A stretch of 44,112 nt of DNA from positions 186,001 to 230,112 of IMG/VR virus record IMGVR_UViG_3300012274_000057; one strand, written 5' to 3'. Numbering within the stretch: the first letter of the stretch is position 1; each line of letters opens with the position of its first letter. Positions 8,978-19,518 of the stretch are shown here, piece after piece. A program made the position numbers and the translations under genes. The notes beneath the pieces were generated by a model. That model had not been told where the DNA came from, made no database searches, and saw nothing but the letters and a program-made list of their open reading frames with translations. The stretch is from an uncultured virus (IMG/VR IMGVR_UViG_3300012274_000057). Lineage: Duplodnaviria; Heunggongvirae; Uroviricota; Caudoviricetes.

Positions 8978-10219
8978 ATGAGTTTATTAGCATCTAATTT
9001 TAGAGAAAAAGTATCTAAGTTAAAAGATTATAAAATGAAAGTAGAAACTGAATTTCCAGTTGGATATTCAACTGGTTTTTTAAGCTTTGACTTTATGAAT
9101 GGATCAGTTGTACATGCTCAAAAAGAAGGCGAACCAATTAAATATTATTCAGTTGGAATTACTGATGGGTCTATGGTTATGGTTATAGGTAGAGCAGGAT
9201 GTGGTAAAACAACATATTGTATTCAAGCAGCAGCTAATATTATAAGACCATATGAAACATCATGTATATTTCATGATGATATAGAAGGCGGTATTACCGA
9301 AAATAGAAAAGAATTACTTACAGGGTTTTTCGGAGATGAACTTACAAAAAGATATATCGCTAGAAATACAGGTATAACAGCAGAAAACTTCTATGAAAGA
9401 GTTAAAATGGTTAACGACATGAAGCAAGAAGATAGAGAATCATATTCTTATGATACAGGTCTTTATGATTATGTCGGAAATAAGATATTTAAATTAGAAC
9501 CTACTGTATATATTATGGATTCATTAGCACTGTTAACTCCAGAAAAATATGCAGAAGAGGATGAACTTTCAGGTCAAATGTCAACTACAGCAACCGCTAA
9601 AGCAAATGCAATGATATTTAGAAGAATGATACCTTTATTAAAATCTTCTAATATAATATTATTTGTAATTAATCATATAAATCAAAAAGTGGAACTTAAT
9701 ATGTTCTCTAAGACAAAAGCTCAGGTAAACTACTTAAAGGCAGGAGAAACACTTCCAGGTGGAAATACACCTATATATCTTTCAAACTTAATGCTTAGAT
9801 TTGATGATAATACTAAGTTTAAAGAAGGAGAAGGATTTGGAATACCAGGAAATATGGTTGATATATCTTTAGTTAAATCAAGATCAGCAAGAGCAGGTAA
9901 ATCTTGTACATTAGTATTTAACCCTGAAACAGGATACGATATAGAGTTATCATTATTAGTATTATTGAAAGATAATGGTAAAATTAATGGGGCAGGTATA
10001 GGTCTATACGTCGGAGATAGGAATGATTTAAAATTCTCTCAAAAGAAATTTAAAGAAAAGCTATTGAATAATGAAGAATTTAGAAATGTTGTTATGGAGG
10101 AAGTTATGAATGTATTAGTTTCTATGGTAGAAGAACACGATATACAAGAAGAGCAACAGCAAATATCTTCTAATATTACAACTAATATACTTAATAAATT
10201 AAATGGTATAGCAGCTTAA
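8978..10219 (+). CDS. recA: RecA/UvsX-like recombinase
   Basis: YSTGFLSFD, Walker A GRAGCGKTT, DIEG, Walker B YIMDSLA, LFVINHI, PGG. Confidence 0.9.
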   Translation: MSLLASNFREKVSKLKDYKMKVETEFPVGYSTGFLSFDFMNGSVVHAQKEGEPIKYYSVGITDGSMVMVIGRAGCGKTTYCIQAAANIIRPYETSCIFHDDIEGGITENRKELLTGFFGDELTKRYIARNTGITAENFYERVKMVNDMKQEDRESYSYDTGLYDYVGNKIFKLEPTVYIMDSLALLTPEKYAEEDELSGQMSTTATAKANAMIFRRMIPLLKSSNIILFVINHINQKVELNMFSKTKAQVNYLKAGETLPGGNTPIYLSNLMLRFDDNTKFKEGEGFGIPGNMVDISLVKSRSARAGKSCTLVFNPETGYDIELSLLVLLKDNGKINGAGIGLYVGDRNDLKFSQKKFKEKLLNNEEFRNVVMEEVMNVLVSMVEEHDIQEEQQQISSNITTNILNKLNGIAA

Positions 10220-10230
10220 TATTAGTTATA

Positions 10231-10243
10231 AATATATATTATA
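10231..10243 (+). promoter_or_regulatory. putative early promoter of the RNAP beta-C/ligase operon
   Basis: AATATATATTATA, followed by a 14-bp-arm inverted repeat at 10243-10275. Confidence 0.55.
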
Positions 10244-10298
10244 TATATGTAGTAGAAAATCTCTACTACATATATCTTTGTTTAGGGAGGAGAAAGGT

Positions 10299-12527
10299 AT
10301 GTCTAATAATATAACTTTTGCAGAGGATGTTTCAAAAGCCTCTGATCGTATTGACAACTTAGAACAATGTTTAGCTAAAGGACTATTTATGCCTTTTAAC
10401 AGTTCTACCTCTGGGTCTAGAAACTTGCTATTCTCGACACAGTTAGAACACAAATTACCTCTAATGAGAGGTGAAGTACCATTATTAGGAACAGGATATG
10501 AACCATTATTTGGTGAATATTCATCATCGTTTATTAGAACAGATTCTGAATACGATGTCATAGAAAGGGTAGAAAAATTTGGTCAAATTCCAGGTCATCA
10601 CTATTATTTAATAGTGTTTAATAAAAAGAAACAAGAGTTTGATATGATAGAAAGAAAATCATATGAACACATTACCGAATCGTATGGATATCTATACGAT
10701 AATACAAATATAGATAAATATAAATCAGGTTCATCAATATATGAAGGTGAAGTAATTAGAAAGAGTACTAGTTTTGATGAATTCAATAACAGAAAGGATG
10801 GAGTGAATCTTAATACTGGATATATAAGTTGTGAAAAGACCAAAGAAGACGGTATAATTATATGTGAGAGTGCAAGAAGAAAATTAGCATCTCCACTTAT
10901 AAGAAAAATAAAAATTATACAAAATGATAATGACCTTCCTTTGAATATATATGGAAACGATGAACTATATAAATCATTTCCAGATATAGGTGAAGAAACA
11001 TCTAATAAAATATTATGTGCATTAAGAAGGGAAAAGAAAGAAGAATCTTTATTTTCCTTATCATGTACAAGATTGAAAAATATAATGATGTCAGATGAAA
11101 GATTTATAGCTGAGGGAAAGGTTATAGATATAAATGTATTTTGTAATAATCCTGATAATTTAAATTCAGTATATACATCGCAAATAAAATATTATTATGA
11201 TCAACAACAAGTATTCTTAGAAACTTTTGTAAATGCTACAAAGGAAATTGTAGGTAAATATAAATGTAGCTATGCTTTACAAAAGATGCATTATAATTAT
11301 AAAAAGATTTTGGAAGGCGGGCAATATATCCAAGATAAGCCTTTTAGTAATAATGTAATAGAAATAACTTTATTAGAGGAAAGTTTAGTAAATGTAGGGG
11401 ATAAAATATCTAATAGATATGGAGGTAAAGGAGTTGTATCTTGTATACTTCCAGATCATTTAATGCCTAGAATGGATAATGGACAATATATCGAATTGAT
11501 ATATAATTCATCTACATGTGTAAATAGAGGAAACCCAGGACAATTATATGAAACTTCTATAAATCATATAGGAGGAAGAATAGTAGATTTTGTATCAACT
11601 GGTACTTTAGAATTTGCAGATCAAGTTGAAATGTATCTAGGATTCTTACGTCATCTATCTCCAGATTTATCTGCACATATTGAGAACTCCATGCTACAAT
11701 GGAGTGTAGAAGATCAACGTGTATTTATGGAAGGCGTATTTACTGAAGAAGGTATAGCTGTATCGATGAAACCTATATCTGAAGCTATAGACATAGATAA
11801 ATTAAGATCAATATATAAAGAATTTTCTTTTGCTATGCAAAATAAAATTATTATACCACAAAAGGATTCTATGGGAAATATAAGATATATTCCAGCAAGG
11901 AGAGCTATAACTTGTGGTAAACAATATATTTATAGATTAAAACAATATGCAGAAGAGAAATTCTCAGCAGTTTCTCTATCAGCTACAAATATTAAAAATG
12001 AGAATACAAGAAACGCATCTAAGAAAAATTATAAGTCTGCCTATTCCAAAACACCAATAAGATTCGGTGAAATGGAACAAGGAGATTTTGGTCACTTAGG
12101 AATGGAGGTAGTTATTGTTAATCTAATGCTTCATTCTACATCGCCACATGGTAGAAGATTGGCAGAAGAATTATTAACAGGAGATCCATTTAGTGTTGAT
12201 ATTAAACTTGATGAAGATTCTAAAAATAGATCTGTTGAAGTTAATAATGCTTTTTTAACAACAATGGGGTTAGAATTAGAATTTGTTAAAGTAAGGAAGG
12301 TACAACAAAGACTTATACAAAAATCATTGGTTACTTTTAAACAACCAACTTCTAATAAGTTAGTACAAGGCGTATGGTTTCCTAAGGAATGGGAAAGATT
12401 AGACCCTGTTGAATTTATAGATGGGTTTAAACATAAAGATACAAGAAAATTCTTGGCATTAAAGTCTATGGTAACATTTGGTAAAAAACTAGATGAGGAG
12501 ACTGGTATGTATAAGAAGGAGGATTAA
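10299..12527 (+). CDS. rpoB: RNA polymerase beta subunit C-terminal half (non-virion RNAP)
   Basis: EDGIII, VGDKISNRYGGKGVVSCILPDHLMP, NRGNPGQLYE, GKQYIYRLKQ, PIRFGEME; RBS favours ATG 10299. Confidence 0.93.
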   Translation: MSNNITFAEDVSKASDRIDNLEQCLAKGLFMPFNSSTSGSRNLLFSTQLEHKLPLMRGEVPLLGTGYEPLFGEYSSSFIRTDSEYDVIERVEKFGQIPGHHYYLIVFNKKKQEFDMIERKSYEHITESYGYLYDNTNIDKYKSGSSIYEGEVIRKSTSFDEFNNRKDGVNLNTGYISCEKTKEDGIIICESARRKLASPLIRKIKIIQNDNDLPLNIYGNDELYKSFPDIGEETSNKILCALRREKKEESLFSLSCTRLKNIMMSDERFIAEGKVIDINVFCNNPDNLNSVYTSQIKYYYDQQQVFLETFVNATKEIVGKYKCSYALQKMHYNYKKILEGGQYIQDKPFSNNVIEITLLEESLVNVGDKISNRYGGKGVVSCILPDHLMPRMDNGQYIELIYNSSTCVNRGNPGQLYETSINHIGGRIVDFVSTGTLEFADQVEMYLGFLRHLSPDLSAHIENSMLQWSVEDQRVFMEGVFTEEGIAVSMKPISEAIDIDKLRSIYKEFSFAMQNKIIIPQKDSMGNIRYIPARRAITCGKQYIYRLKQYAEEKFSAVSLSATNIKNENTRNASKKNYKSAYSKTPIRFGEMEQGDFGHLGMEVVIVNLMLHSTSPHGRRLAEELLTGDPFSVDIKLDEDSKNRSVEVNNAFLTTMGLELEFVKVRKVQQRLIQKSLVTFKQPTSNKLVQGVWFPKEWERLDPVEFIDGFKHKDTRKFLALKSMVTFGKKLDEETGMYKKED

Positions 12528-12531
12528 TTTT

Positions 12532-14841
12532 ATGAATAGTTTAGAGACTTTATGTTATATCGTAGATAATTTACTTAAAAGTAATCTACAAGTGTTAACT
12601 GAAGAAAATATTAAACTAATAAATGAAATAACTGGTGCTGTGTTAAAGTTAACACAGCATTCAGATTATGATATTCAATGTATGGATAAGATATTATTCT
12701 TATCAAATATACTATGGGAAAATACGGATAGAAATAAATTGCCTTTAGATGATGGCATATATGATTTATTAATAGAATTATATAGAAAATATAATCCTAA
12801 TTTTCAAGTTGGAGCACCATCTATACAGTTTATAAATACAAATGGATTAGATGGAGAAAAATTTGAAATGCAACCATTAGTAAGGTTTATAGAACAAGAT
12901 AAACTAGAAGATATGTTATTTGCAAATCAAATAGTTCCTGCAACTAAATATACTAAATTAGATATACTACAACCAATGATTTCATTCGCAGATACTAATT
13001 ATATATCTAAACGTATAGTAAATCAAAAACAATTGAATCCAAAATTGGTTGGAACTTTAGATAAGTGTAAATTCGTTTTAAATGCTCAAGCAATAGATAA
13101 AGGGGTATTTAATGATTCTAATGTCAAAGTTCTTGAAAGAGATTTCTTTCAAAAACATATACAACAAGGAATATTAGATCCTAATAGAATATTTTCAATG
13201 CTTTTAGAACTTAAATTTGATGGTGTATCGGTTTCAGCAAAAGTATCAAATAAAGTACATCAAGCAATGACAAGAGGAGATGCGAATAATGAAGTAGCAG
13301 CAGATATAACTCCTATTCTATATGACTATAAGTTTCCAAGAGCAACAGGAATTATTCCAGAAAATGAATGTTTTGATATGAAATTCGAAGCTATTATGAC
13401 TTATTATGATCTTTATAGATATAATATAGCTAGAGGGAAGAATTATAAAAATTGTAGAACAGCTATAATTAGTGTGTTTGGTTCATCAGATGCAGCTAAA
13501 TATAGGGATTATATTACATTAATGCCTATAACGACATCTTTAGATATTGATAGATTATCAGAAATGGAGTTCTTAGATAACTATTATCAGACTGGAGAAA
13601 GAATAAGGTATGCAGTCATATCTGGAACTTATATAGAAATATTATTTCAGATTAAAAAATTTGTAGAAGAAGCAGAATATATGAGATCATTTATTCCATA
13701 TATGTATGATGGAATAGTTGCATCATATTTAGATGAAGATTTAATAAATACTCTTGGTAGAGAGAATTCTATTAATAAATATTCTATGGCTATTAAATTT
13801 AATCCTTTAAAGAAACAGACTATATTTAGAGGATATACGTATGAAATAGGTCAAGATGGTAGTGTAACTCCGATGATACATTATGATCCAGTAGAATTTT
13901 ATGGTACAATACATCCTAAATCTACAGGTCATTCTTATGAGAGATTTAAAACATTAGGATTAAGAATAGGAGATATCATAGATGTTGAATATGTAAATGA
14001 CGTAATGCCTTATGTAACTAAACCAATAAATACTCATAATGATAATAATCAAAATGCATTAGAAAATTTTATAACCCACTGTCCATATTGCCAATCTCAA
14101 TTAGTTATATCAGAATCTGGAAGATCTGTATATTGTAAGAATATAGAATGTTCAGGTAGGCATCTATCTAGGATAGTGGGCACATTTGATAAATTAGATA
14201 TTAAAGATTTCTCTGAAGGGCAATTGAAGAAAATAAATAAATATACATTAACAGAATTACTTCAATTGAAATTAGAAGATGTAGAATTTTTGGGAGATCT
14301 TACAAGTACCAAATTTATACAATCTATGAATGAATTATATCATAGAGAGATTTATGATTTTAATCTAGTTGGTGCCTTAGGGTTTACAAGTGTAGCATCT
14401 AAAACTTGGATGTTAATATTGAATAAAATTTCTTTACAAAAAATGATTAAATTATATTCTGAAGATGTTGATCAATTGAGAAATATAATTGTTTCAATTA
14501 AAGGTATAGGTCCTATTACAGCAGATACAATTGTTAATGAATTTGAATTCTTTATGAATGATTTAATAACTATATGTACATTTCCAAATCTCATAATCAC
14601 TGAGGGAATTAAGTTAGGAAAGAAGATAAGATTTACAGGATTTAGAGATAAAGAGTTAGTAACTAAGTTAGCTTCGCTGGGATATGATATAGGTGAAGGT
14701 TCAGTAACAAAAGATACGGATATATTGTTAATTCCTGTATCAACGTATAGTAGTCCAAAAACTAAAAAGGCTGCTAGTTATAGTGTAAATATTGTTCCAA
14801 TAGATGAATTTAGAGCTGATATGGAACAGTATTTAGCGTAA
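12532..14841 (+). CDS. ligA: NAD-dependent DNA ligase
   Basis: DDGIYD (domain Ia), ELKFDG, TRGD, YDGIV, AIKF, Zn finger CPYC..C..C, HhH GIGP, C-terminal BRCT FTG...SVTKDT; RBS GGAGG before 12532. Confidence 0.95.
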   Translation: MNSLETLCYIVDNLLKSNLQVLTEENIKLINEITGAVLKLTQHSDYDIQCMDKILFLSNILWENTDRNKLPLDDGIYDLLIELYRKYNPNFQVGAPSIQFINTNGLDGEKFEMQPLVRFIEQDKLEDMLFANQIVPATKYTKLDILQPMISFADTNYISKRIVNQKQLNPKLVGTLDKCKFVLNAQAIDKGVFNDSNVKVLERDFFQKHIQQGILDPNRIFSMLLELKFDGVSVSAKVSNKVHQAMTRGDANNEVAADITPILYDYKFPRATGIIPENECFDMKFEAIMTYYDLYRYNIARGKNYKNCRTAIISVFGSSDAAKYRDYITLMPITTSLDIDRLSEMEFLDNYYQTGERIRYAVISGTYIEILFQIKKFVEEAEYMRSFIPYMYDGIVASYLDEDLINTLGRENSINKYSMAIKFNPLKKQTIFRGYTYEIGQDGSVTPMIHYDPVEFYGTIHPKSTGHSYERFKTLGLRIGDIIDVEYVNDVMPYVTKPINTHNDNNQNALENFITHCPYCQSQLVISESGRSVYCKNIECSGRHLSRIVGTFDKLDIKDFSEGQLKKINKYTLTELLQLKLEDVEFLGDLTSTKFIQSMNELYHREIYDFNLVGALGFTSVASKTWMLILNKISLQKMIKLYSEDVDQLRNIIVSIKGIGPITADTIVNEFEFFMNDLITICTFPNLIITEGIKLGKKIRFTGFRDKELVTKLASLGYDIGEGSVTKDTDILLIPVSTYSSPKTKKAASYSVNIVPIDEFRADMEQYLA

Positions 14842-14853
14842 ATGGTTAAATTA

Positions 14854-14930
14854 AATTTTACAAATGAGTAAACTTAATAATAAGAAATAAAAGTTTACTC
14901 ATGTAAAATTCTTTATAATTATATATTATA
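14854..14930 (+). promoter_or_regulatory. inverted repeat enclosing an AACT-N6-TA site, followed by an early promoter
   Basis: arms 14854-14875 and 14891-14910; AACT-TAATAA-TA 14871-14882; AATTATATATTATA 14917-14930. Confidence 0.55.
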
Positions 14931-14977
14931 AAGATGTAATAAATAAAAACTTTTTAATTTAAGGGAGGATGTTTTTA

Positions 14978-15574
14978 ATGAACACAAATTTAAAAGAGAG
15001 TACAATAGCAATCGATTACCAACAAGAGGTTAACAATCAAGGATATCTTTGGGACCCAGCAGATACTTTTAAAGTATTTGATTCAGTGATATTAGGAATA
15101 ACAGATTACTTAGCATTAGCTAAATCTAAAAAACAATCAACAGCAGTGGCTATTAATGATTTAAAAGGCAATTTATTATTTGCTGGAATAGTTGCTTACC
15201 ATGAAAACGAAAATGAAGAAATGCCAGGCAACTGGTCTTATGAATTTACATTTGATCCAGAAGATATCAAGGATGCAAAAGTAGTTAATTCAACTGATGG
15301 ACAAATTACTAGATTTGTTCAAACTGCAGCTTCAAATCAATATAATATGTATTTCGGAAATCCAACAATGATTCAAGTTACATTAGAGACTTTCGCAAAT
15401 ACTTTAAAAAGATGGTTAGATCAAAATGCTAGAGAAGGCGAAGAAGTATCAGTAATTGAAGAAGGATTCTTTGTAGCTTCAGCAGTAGTAGAAAATGGTG
15501 AGAAAGTATTTTCCGTAGTACCAGATGGTGCTATGAAAAAGATAATCAAAGATGATGCTGCTATAGAGAAATAA
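14978..15574 (+). CDS. hypothetical acidic protein
   Basis: RBS GGGAGG; own terminator 15592-15627. Confidence 0.8.
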   Translation: MNTNLKESTIAIDYQQEVNNQGYLWDPADTFKVFDSVILGITDYLALAKSKKQSTAVAINDLKGNLLFAGIVAYHENENEEMPGNWSYEFTFDPEDIKDAKVVNSTDGQITRFVQTAASNQYNMYFGNPTMIQVTLETFANTLKRWLDQNAREGEEVSVIEEGFFVASAVVENGEKVFSVVPDGAMKKIIKDDAAIEK

Positions 15575-15591
15575 AAACATTATTATATCCA

Positions 15592-15627
15592 AAAACTCGT
15601 ATGTTTAAACATACGAGTTTATTTTTA
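15592..15627 (+). terminator. intrinsic terminator
   Basis: AAACTCGTATGTT-TA-AACATACGAGTTT plus T tract. Confidence 0.75.
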
Positions 15628-15646
15628 ATGAAAGAGAGGGTTTTTA

Positions 15647-16285
15647 ATGGCTATAGTAAGAAAAGGTAAAGTGTTAGGAAAGATGTATGATGTGATAACT
15701 CCTGAAGAATATTCACAGGAACCTGATATATATAATAATAACTTTACAGCTATTCAAAAAGACAATATATTATACCCAATAAGCAAAACAAGTGCTAAAC
15801 CAGGGTTCTTTGTAAAGAACCAAATTGTATCATTTTTTATCGACCCACCTGAGGAAGAAAGAGAACAGTATTCAGCAGATACAGTTATTGACTTTACTCA
15901 AGTAAGCAATATAAAAGAGATGATTGATAAATCCACATCTTTAGAGGATATAGAAAGAAAGATATTATGTACACCAGATAATATCTATGTTCCTTATATG
16001 GATTCTAAAGATGCACCAGAAGTTAGGGGATTAAAAGAAGCTATCGAAGCTAAACATATAGATTTAGATAAATATGAAGATAGATTCGATGGTAACTATA
16101 ATAATGATAGAAGATTACTTAATAAGAATAATATATCATTAGGTAAATATAGAAAAATATCTGATGCTTTAGATATAAAGGTAACACTAATTTTAGAAGA
16201 TAAGCATCCAAATGTACCTAATCCAATGGGTAAAACAATAACAGTAGAATTAACATCTGGAGGTGATGACTCTAGTGATGAATAA
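15647..16285 (+). CDS. hypothetical protein with possible C-terminal Cro/Xre-like HTH
   Basis: NNDRRLLNKNNISLGKYRKISDALDIKVTLIL resembles the end of Xre-type HTH domains. Confidence 0.55.
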   Translation: MAIVRKGKVLGKMYDVITPEEYSQEPDIYNNNFTAIQKDNILYPISKTSAKPGFFVKNQIVSFFIDPPEEEREQYSADTVIDFTQVSNIKEMIDKSTSLEDIERKILCTPDNIYVPYMDSKDAPEVRGLKEAIEAKHIDLDKYEDRFDGNYNNDRRLLNKNNISLGKYRKISDALDIKVTLILEDKHPNVPNPMGKTITVELTSGGDDSSDE

Positions 16286-17999
16286 TATATCACAATATCA
16301 AATAATTAAACAATATAATGATACTCATAGAGAGCCATTTAATAACGAATTATTTGTAAGGGATGAAAAAGATATAATCGAATGTCTTCAAAAAGTTATA
16401 CTATCTTGTCAGAGAAATCATTACTTTACATTGAGAGTAGAAAGTTTTAAGATAATAGATAATTATGAAGAAATGATGGCTATACTCGCAAGGAATGAGG
16501 AAGAAGGACTTAAGAATAAAAATAAGAAGAAGGTAAATCAGTATGAATATGTAAACTTAAAAGATACTGATATGGTTCTAATGATAGTCACCTATTATAT
16601 AGAAGCTAAAGGGAAATCACAATATCTTGATGTATATATATTAATACCTAAAATTGTAGATAAATATTACTTTAGAATATATGGTAATTTATATTGTGCT
16701 AGTTTGCAAGTTGTAGATGCTAGTACTTATAATAACAATTATTCTAGTAATGCAAAAAAACAGGTAGTAACAGAAAAGACGACTTTCCAACCTATAAGGA
16801 TATATAGAAATCTGGCTTTACTTACAACGGTAGATGGCGAGGATTTAAAGACAGTTTACTATACATCGCGTATGTTTAATAAGTCATTTTGTGCGTTTAA
16901 ATATATCTTAGCAAGATATGGATTGTACGGAACTATAAACTTTACAGGAATAACATGTATATCTATATTAGATAAAATACCAGATAATAAGGATATGCAT
17001 AATTTATATGTATTCGAAAAGGAAGGTATTTATATATCTATTCCTAAAGAAATATTTGATAATGATTATACAACACAATCTTTAATATTAACTTTATGGA
17101 GTTCTATCCATAAAGATACAAAATATCAAGATTTATTTACACAAGTATATTGGTTAAAATCATTAGGTGGAGAGTTTAATACATTTACACCAGAAAAAGG
17201 ATATGATTTACTAAAATCATTAGAAAATATTTATGATATAATCACTAAGGAAGATTTACACTTACCAGAAGATGTAAAGAAAGATGTATACGGTGTTTTA
17301 TTTTGGTTAATTAGAGAATTTGGTAATCTTAGAAATAAAGATAACCTAGATATTTCTACTAAGAAAGTAAGATGTGCAGAATATATAGCGTCTTTATATG
17401 CTATGAAAATGGCACAAGGTATATATAGACTATCAGATAAACGTACTAATGTATCTATTGAAAGTATTAGGAAAGTTATACTTATAAAACCTACTTTCTT
17501 AATAGAATCTATATCAAGATGTAACTTGGTTAACTATAGAAATTTAGTTAATGACTTGGATGCTTTGACAGCATTAAAGTATACTTATAAGGGTATATCA
17601 GGTATAGGAGAGAAAGGAAATAATTCTGTACCTAAAGCATATAGAAGTATTCATGTGTCACATTTGGGAAGAGTAGATGTAAACTCATCATCTAAATCAG
17701 ACCCAGGTATGTCTGGTCTTATATGTCCATTCACAAAATTATATAATGGTTCATTCTCTGAATTTGAAGAACCAAATACATGGGATGAACAGTTTAGTAG
17801 TTTAATGGATAATTATAAAAAAACAGTTGGCTTAAAAGAATTGATAACATTTAAGAAGAATATATTAGGAGAACAAAATTTAGAAGAGGATGAAAAATTT
17901 GTTGATAGTTGTATAGATAATATGCAAACTTTAATAAATCCAGTCCGCTTTGTTGAAAACACAGCACAATATGTTGTAGAAGATTCTGTAAGTATATAA
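16278..17999 (+). CDS. rpoB: RNA polymerase beta subunit N-terminal half (non-virion RNAP)
   Basis: IPK...YFRIYG, DNLDISTKKVR, YRSIHVSHLGRVDVNSSSKSDPGMSG parallels RpoB VRDVHxSHYGRxCPIETPEGPNIG. Confidence 0.85.
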   Translation: MNNISQYQIIKQYNDTHREPFNNELFVRDEKDIIECLQKVILSCQRNHYFTLRVESFKIIDNYEEMMAILARNEEEGLKNKNKKKVNQYEYVNLKDTDMVLMIVTYYIEAKGKSQYLDVYILIPKIVDKYYFRIYGNLYCASLQVVDASTYNNNYSSNAKKQVVTEKTTFQPIRIYRNLALLTTVDGEDLKTVYYTSRMFNKSFCAFKYILARYGLYGTINFTGITCISILDKIPDNKDMHNLYVFEKEGIYISIPKEIFDNDYTTQSLILTLWSSIHKDTKYQDLFTQVYWLKSLGGEFNTFTPEKGYDLLKSLENIYDIITKEDLHLPEDVKKDVYGVLFWLIREFGNLRNKDNLDISTKKVRCAEYIASLYAMKMAQGIYRLSDKRTNVSIESIRKVILIKPTFLIESISRCNLVNYRNLVNDLDALTALKYTYKGISGIGEKGNNSVPKAYRSIHVSHLGRVDVNSSSKSDPGMSGLICPFTKLYNGSFSEFEEPNTWDEQFSSLMDNYKKTVGLKELITFKKNILGEQNLEEDEKFVDSCIDNMQTLINPVRFVENTAQYVVEDSVSI

Positions 18000-18020
18000 A
18001 TCAAAAGGAGGTTGATTACT

Positions 18021-18239
18021 ATGGAATACTTTTTATTCTCAGCAAGTCAATTAAAGAAACAAAAAGAAATTGCCGATACATTAGGAAAAACATATTCTCC
18101 AGGAACCGTATTAGTTGGTGGTCAATATAAACAATTTACTGAAAAAGTTACAGACTTAAAGAAGGCAAAATTTTCAGATTACATTATTGTGACTCAAGGT
18201 CCTAAAGGTACTATAAAGTATATAGGGGGCTATAGATAA
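18021..18239 (+). CDS. small hypothetical protein
   Basis: RBS AGGAGG; TAATG coupling to the next gene. Confidence 0.75.
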   Translation: MEYFLFSASQLKKQKEIADTLGKTYSPGTVLVGGQYKQFTEKVTDLKKAKFSDYIIVTQGPKGTIKYIGGYR

Positions 18240-18565
18240 TGAAACCACTCGTTACTTTTAAAAATAAAAAAGAATTTAAATGTTTTAATTGTGGTGGAAC
18301 AATAGTAAGAAAAATATCTGAAACTAATAATGTATCTATAGATTCCGAAGGTCATCCTTCGGAATTTGATACATTATATGATGAGTATTATATATGTTCT
18401 AGCTGTGGAGATGATTTAACAGAGTTTGTCAGGAGAGTTAATAATCATTTTTACTTATCAACTAGGGGTTATGATATTCTAGTATCGGATTTAATAGAAA
18501 AAAGAATAGCAGATAATAATATAAATCCGTTTGGACATTATGGAAAGGATGAAGAAAATGAATAG
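18239..18565 (+). CDS. zinc-ribbon protein
   Basis: CFNC and CSSC pairs; starts MKPLVTFK. Confidence 0.75.
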   Translation: MKPLVTFKNKKEFKCFNCGGTIVRKISETNNVSIDSEGHPSEFDTLYDEYYICSSCGDDLTEFVRRVNNHFYLSTRGYDILVSDLIEKRIADNNINPFGHYGKDEENE

Positions 18566-19163
18566 TTATTTCAGTAAAATATTTTCTGGAACTAGACAAA
18601 TCTTTATAAAAAGTCGATTGACAAGACTTAGTACAAAAATTCCAAATACTATAATAAATATTGTCTTTTCACACACAGGAAAAGAAATTGAAGGTACTTG
18701 TGACAGATTTGAAATAGATGGGTTATTTCCTAGTACCGTATTCATAATAAAAGATATATCTAATACTATATTGTATAATGATATATTTATAGTTGGAGAG
18801 CATCGATATATAGTGAATATAATTCCATATAATTTAGATGATGTAGATGATGATTCTTTTGTTATTCACATAAGAAATATTTATAGAAATATATTAAAAA
18901 CATTAACTTTTAACTATGAGTGCATTCATAATGATATAGTTAAAATAGCTGAATTATTATTAACTTATTATACAATAAATGAACTGGTGTATAATATGTC
19001 CATAGAGGACTTTCTATCTATAGATTGGAATATATCCGATGAATCTAAACTTATAGATTCATGTCGTAATGCTATCCAAGATGAAAATAATTTTAGAAAT
19101 GCAGACATAAATAATGTAGAATATCTTTTAGACGATTTAGGAATATTAGATTATCTAAGATAA
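18558..19163 (+). CDS. hypothetical protein
   Basis: ORF overlapping the upstream stop; terminator 19158-19188. Confidence 0.7.
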   Translation: MNSYFSKIFSGTRQIFIKSRLTRLSTKIPNTIINIVFSHTGKEIEGTCDRFEIDGLFPSTVFIIKDISNTILYNDIFIVGEHRYIVNIIPYNLDDVDDDSFVIHIRNIYRNILKTLTFNYECIHNDIVKIAELLLTYYTINELVYNMSIEDFLSIDWNISDESKLIDSCRNAIQDENNFRNADINNVEYLLDDLGILDYLR

Positions 19164-19204
19164 GGGTCTTCCCTTATCTTTATTTTTTGAGAGGTGAATA
19201 TTAT

Positions 19205-19501
19205 ATGCAAAAAATGATTGAATTTAAGAGACCAGATTATTGTATACACTGTGAAACAGAACGTGCAATAGAGGGTTATGATAAATTTGGAAAACCTATA
19301 AATTATACTTATTTAATAGATCAAAAACAACTTGGTAAAGAAGTAAGTGATAAATTAGATAGAAGAGAAGTTACATTTATGAAGTGCAGAAAATGTAATC
19401 ATGAATTCTTTATAGATTGGAGAACCAAAGATAATATTCCTAAACCCATAAATAGCTTTGTTCCTATAGATTATTTTCTTATATCAAATTATAAATATTA
19501 G
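19205..19501 (+). CDS. zinc-ribbon protein
   Basis: CIHC and CRKC pairs; RBS GAGGTG; starts MQKMIEFK. Confidence 0.75.
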   Translation: MQKMIEFKRPDYCIHCETERAIEGYDKFGKPINYTYLIDQKQLGKEVSDKLDRREVTFMKCRKCNHEFFIDWRTKDNIPKPINSFVPIDYFLISNYKY

Positions 19502-19518
19502 CATTTTCCCATAGTAAT

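Noticed and set aside
6777..14841. Bacterial chromosome interpretation (ftsZ, recA, rpoB, ligA, tuf)
   Set aside because: All are highly divergent, split or truncated and are interleaved with terminase, portal and sheath genes
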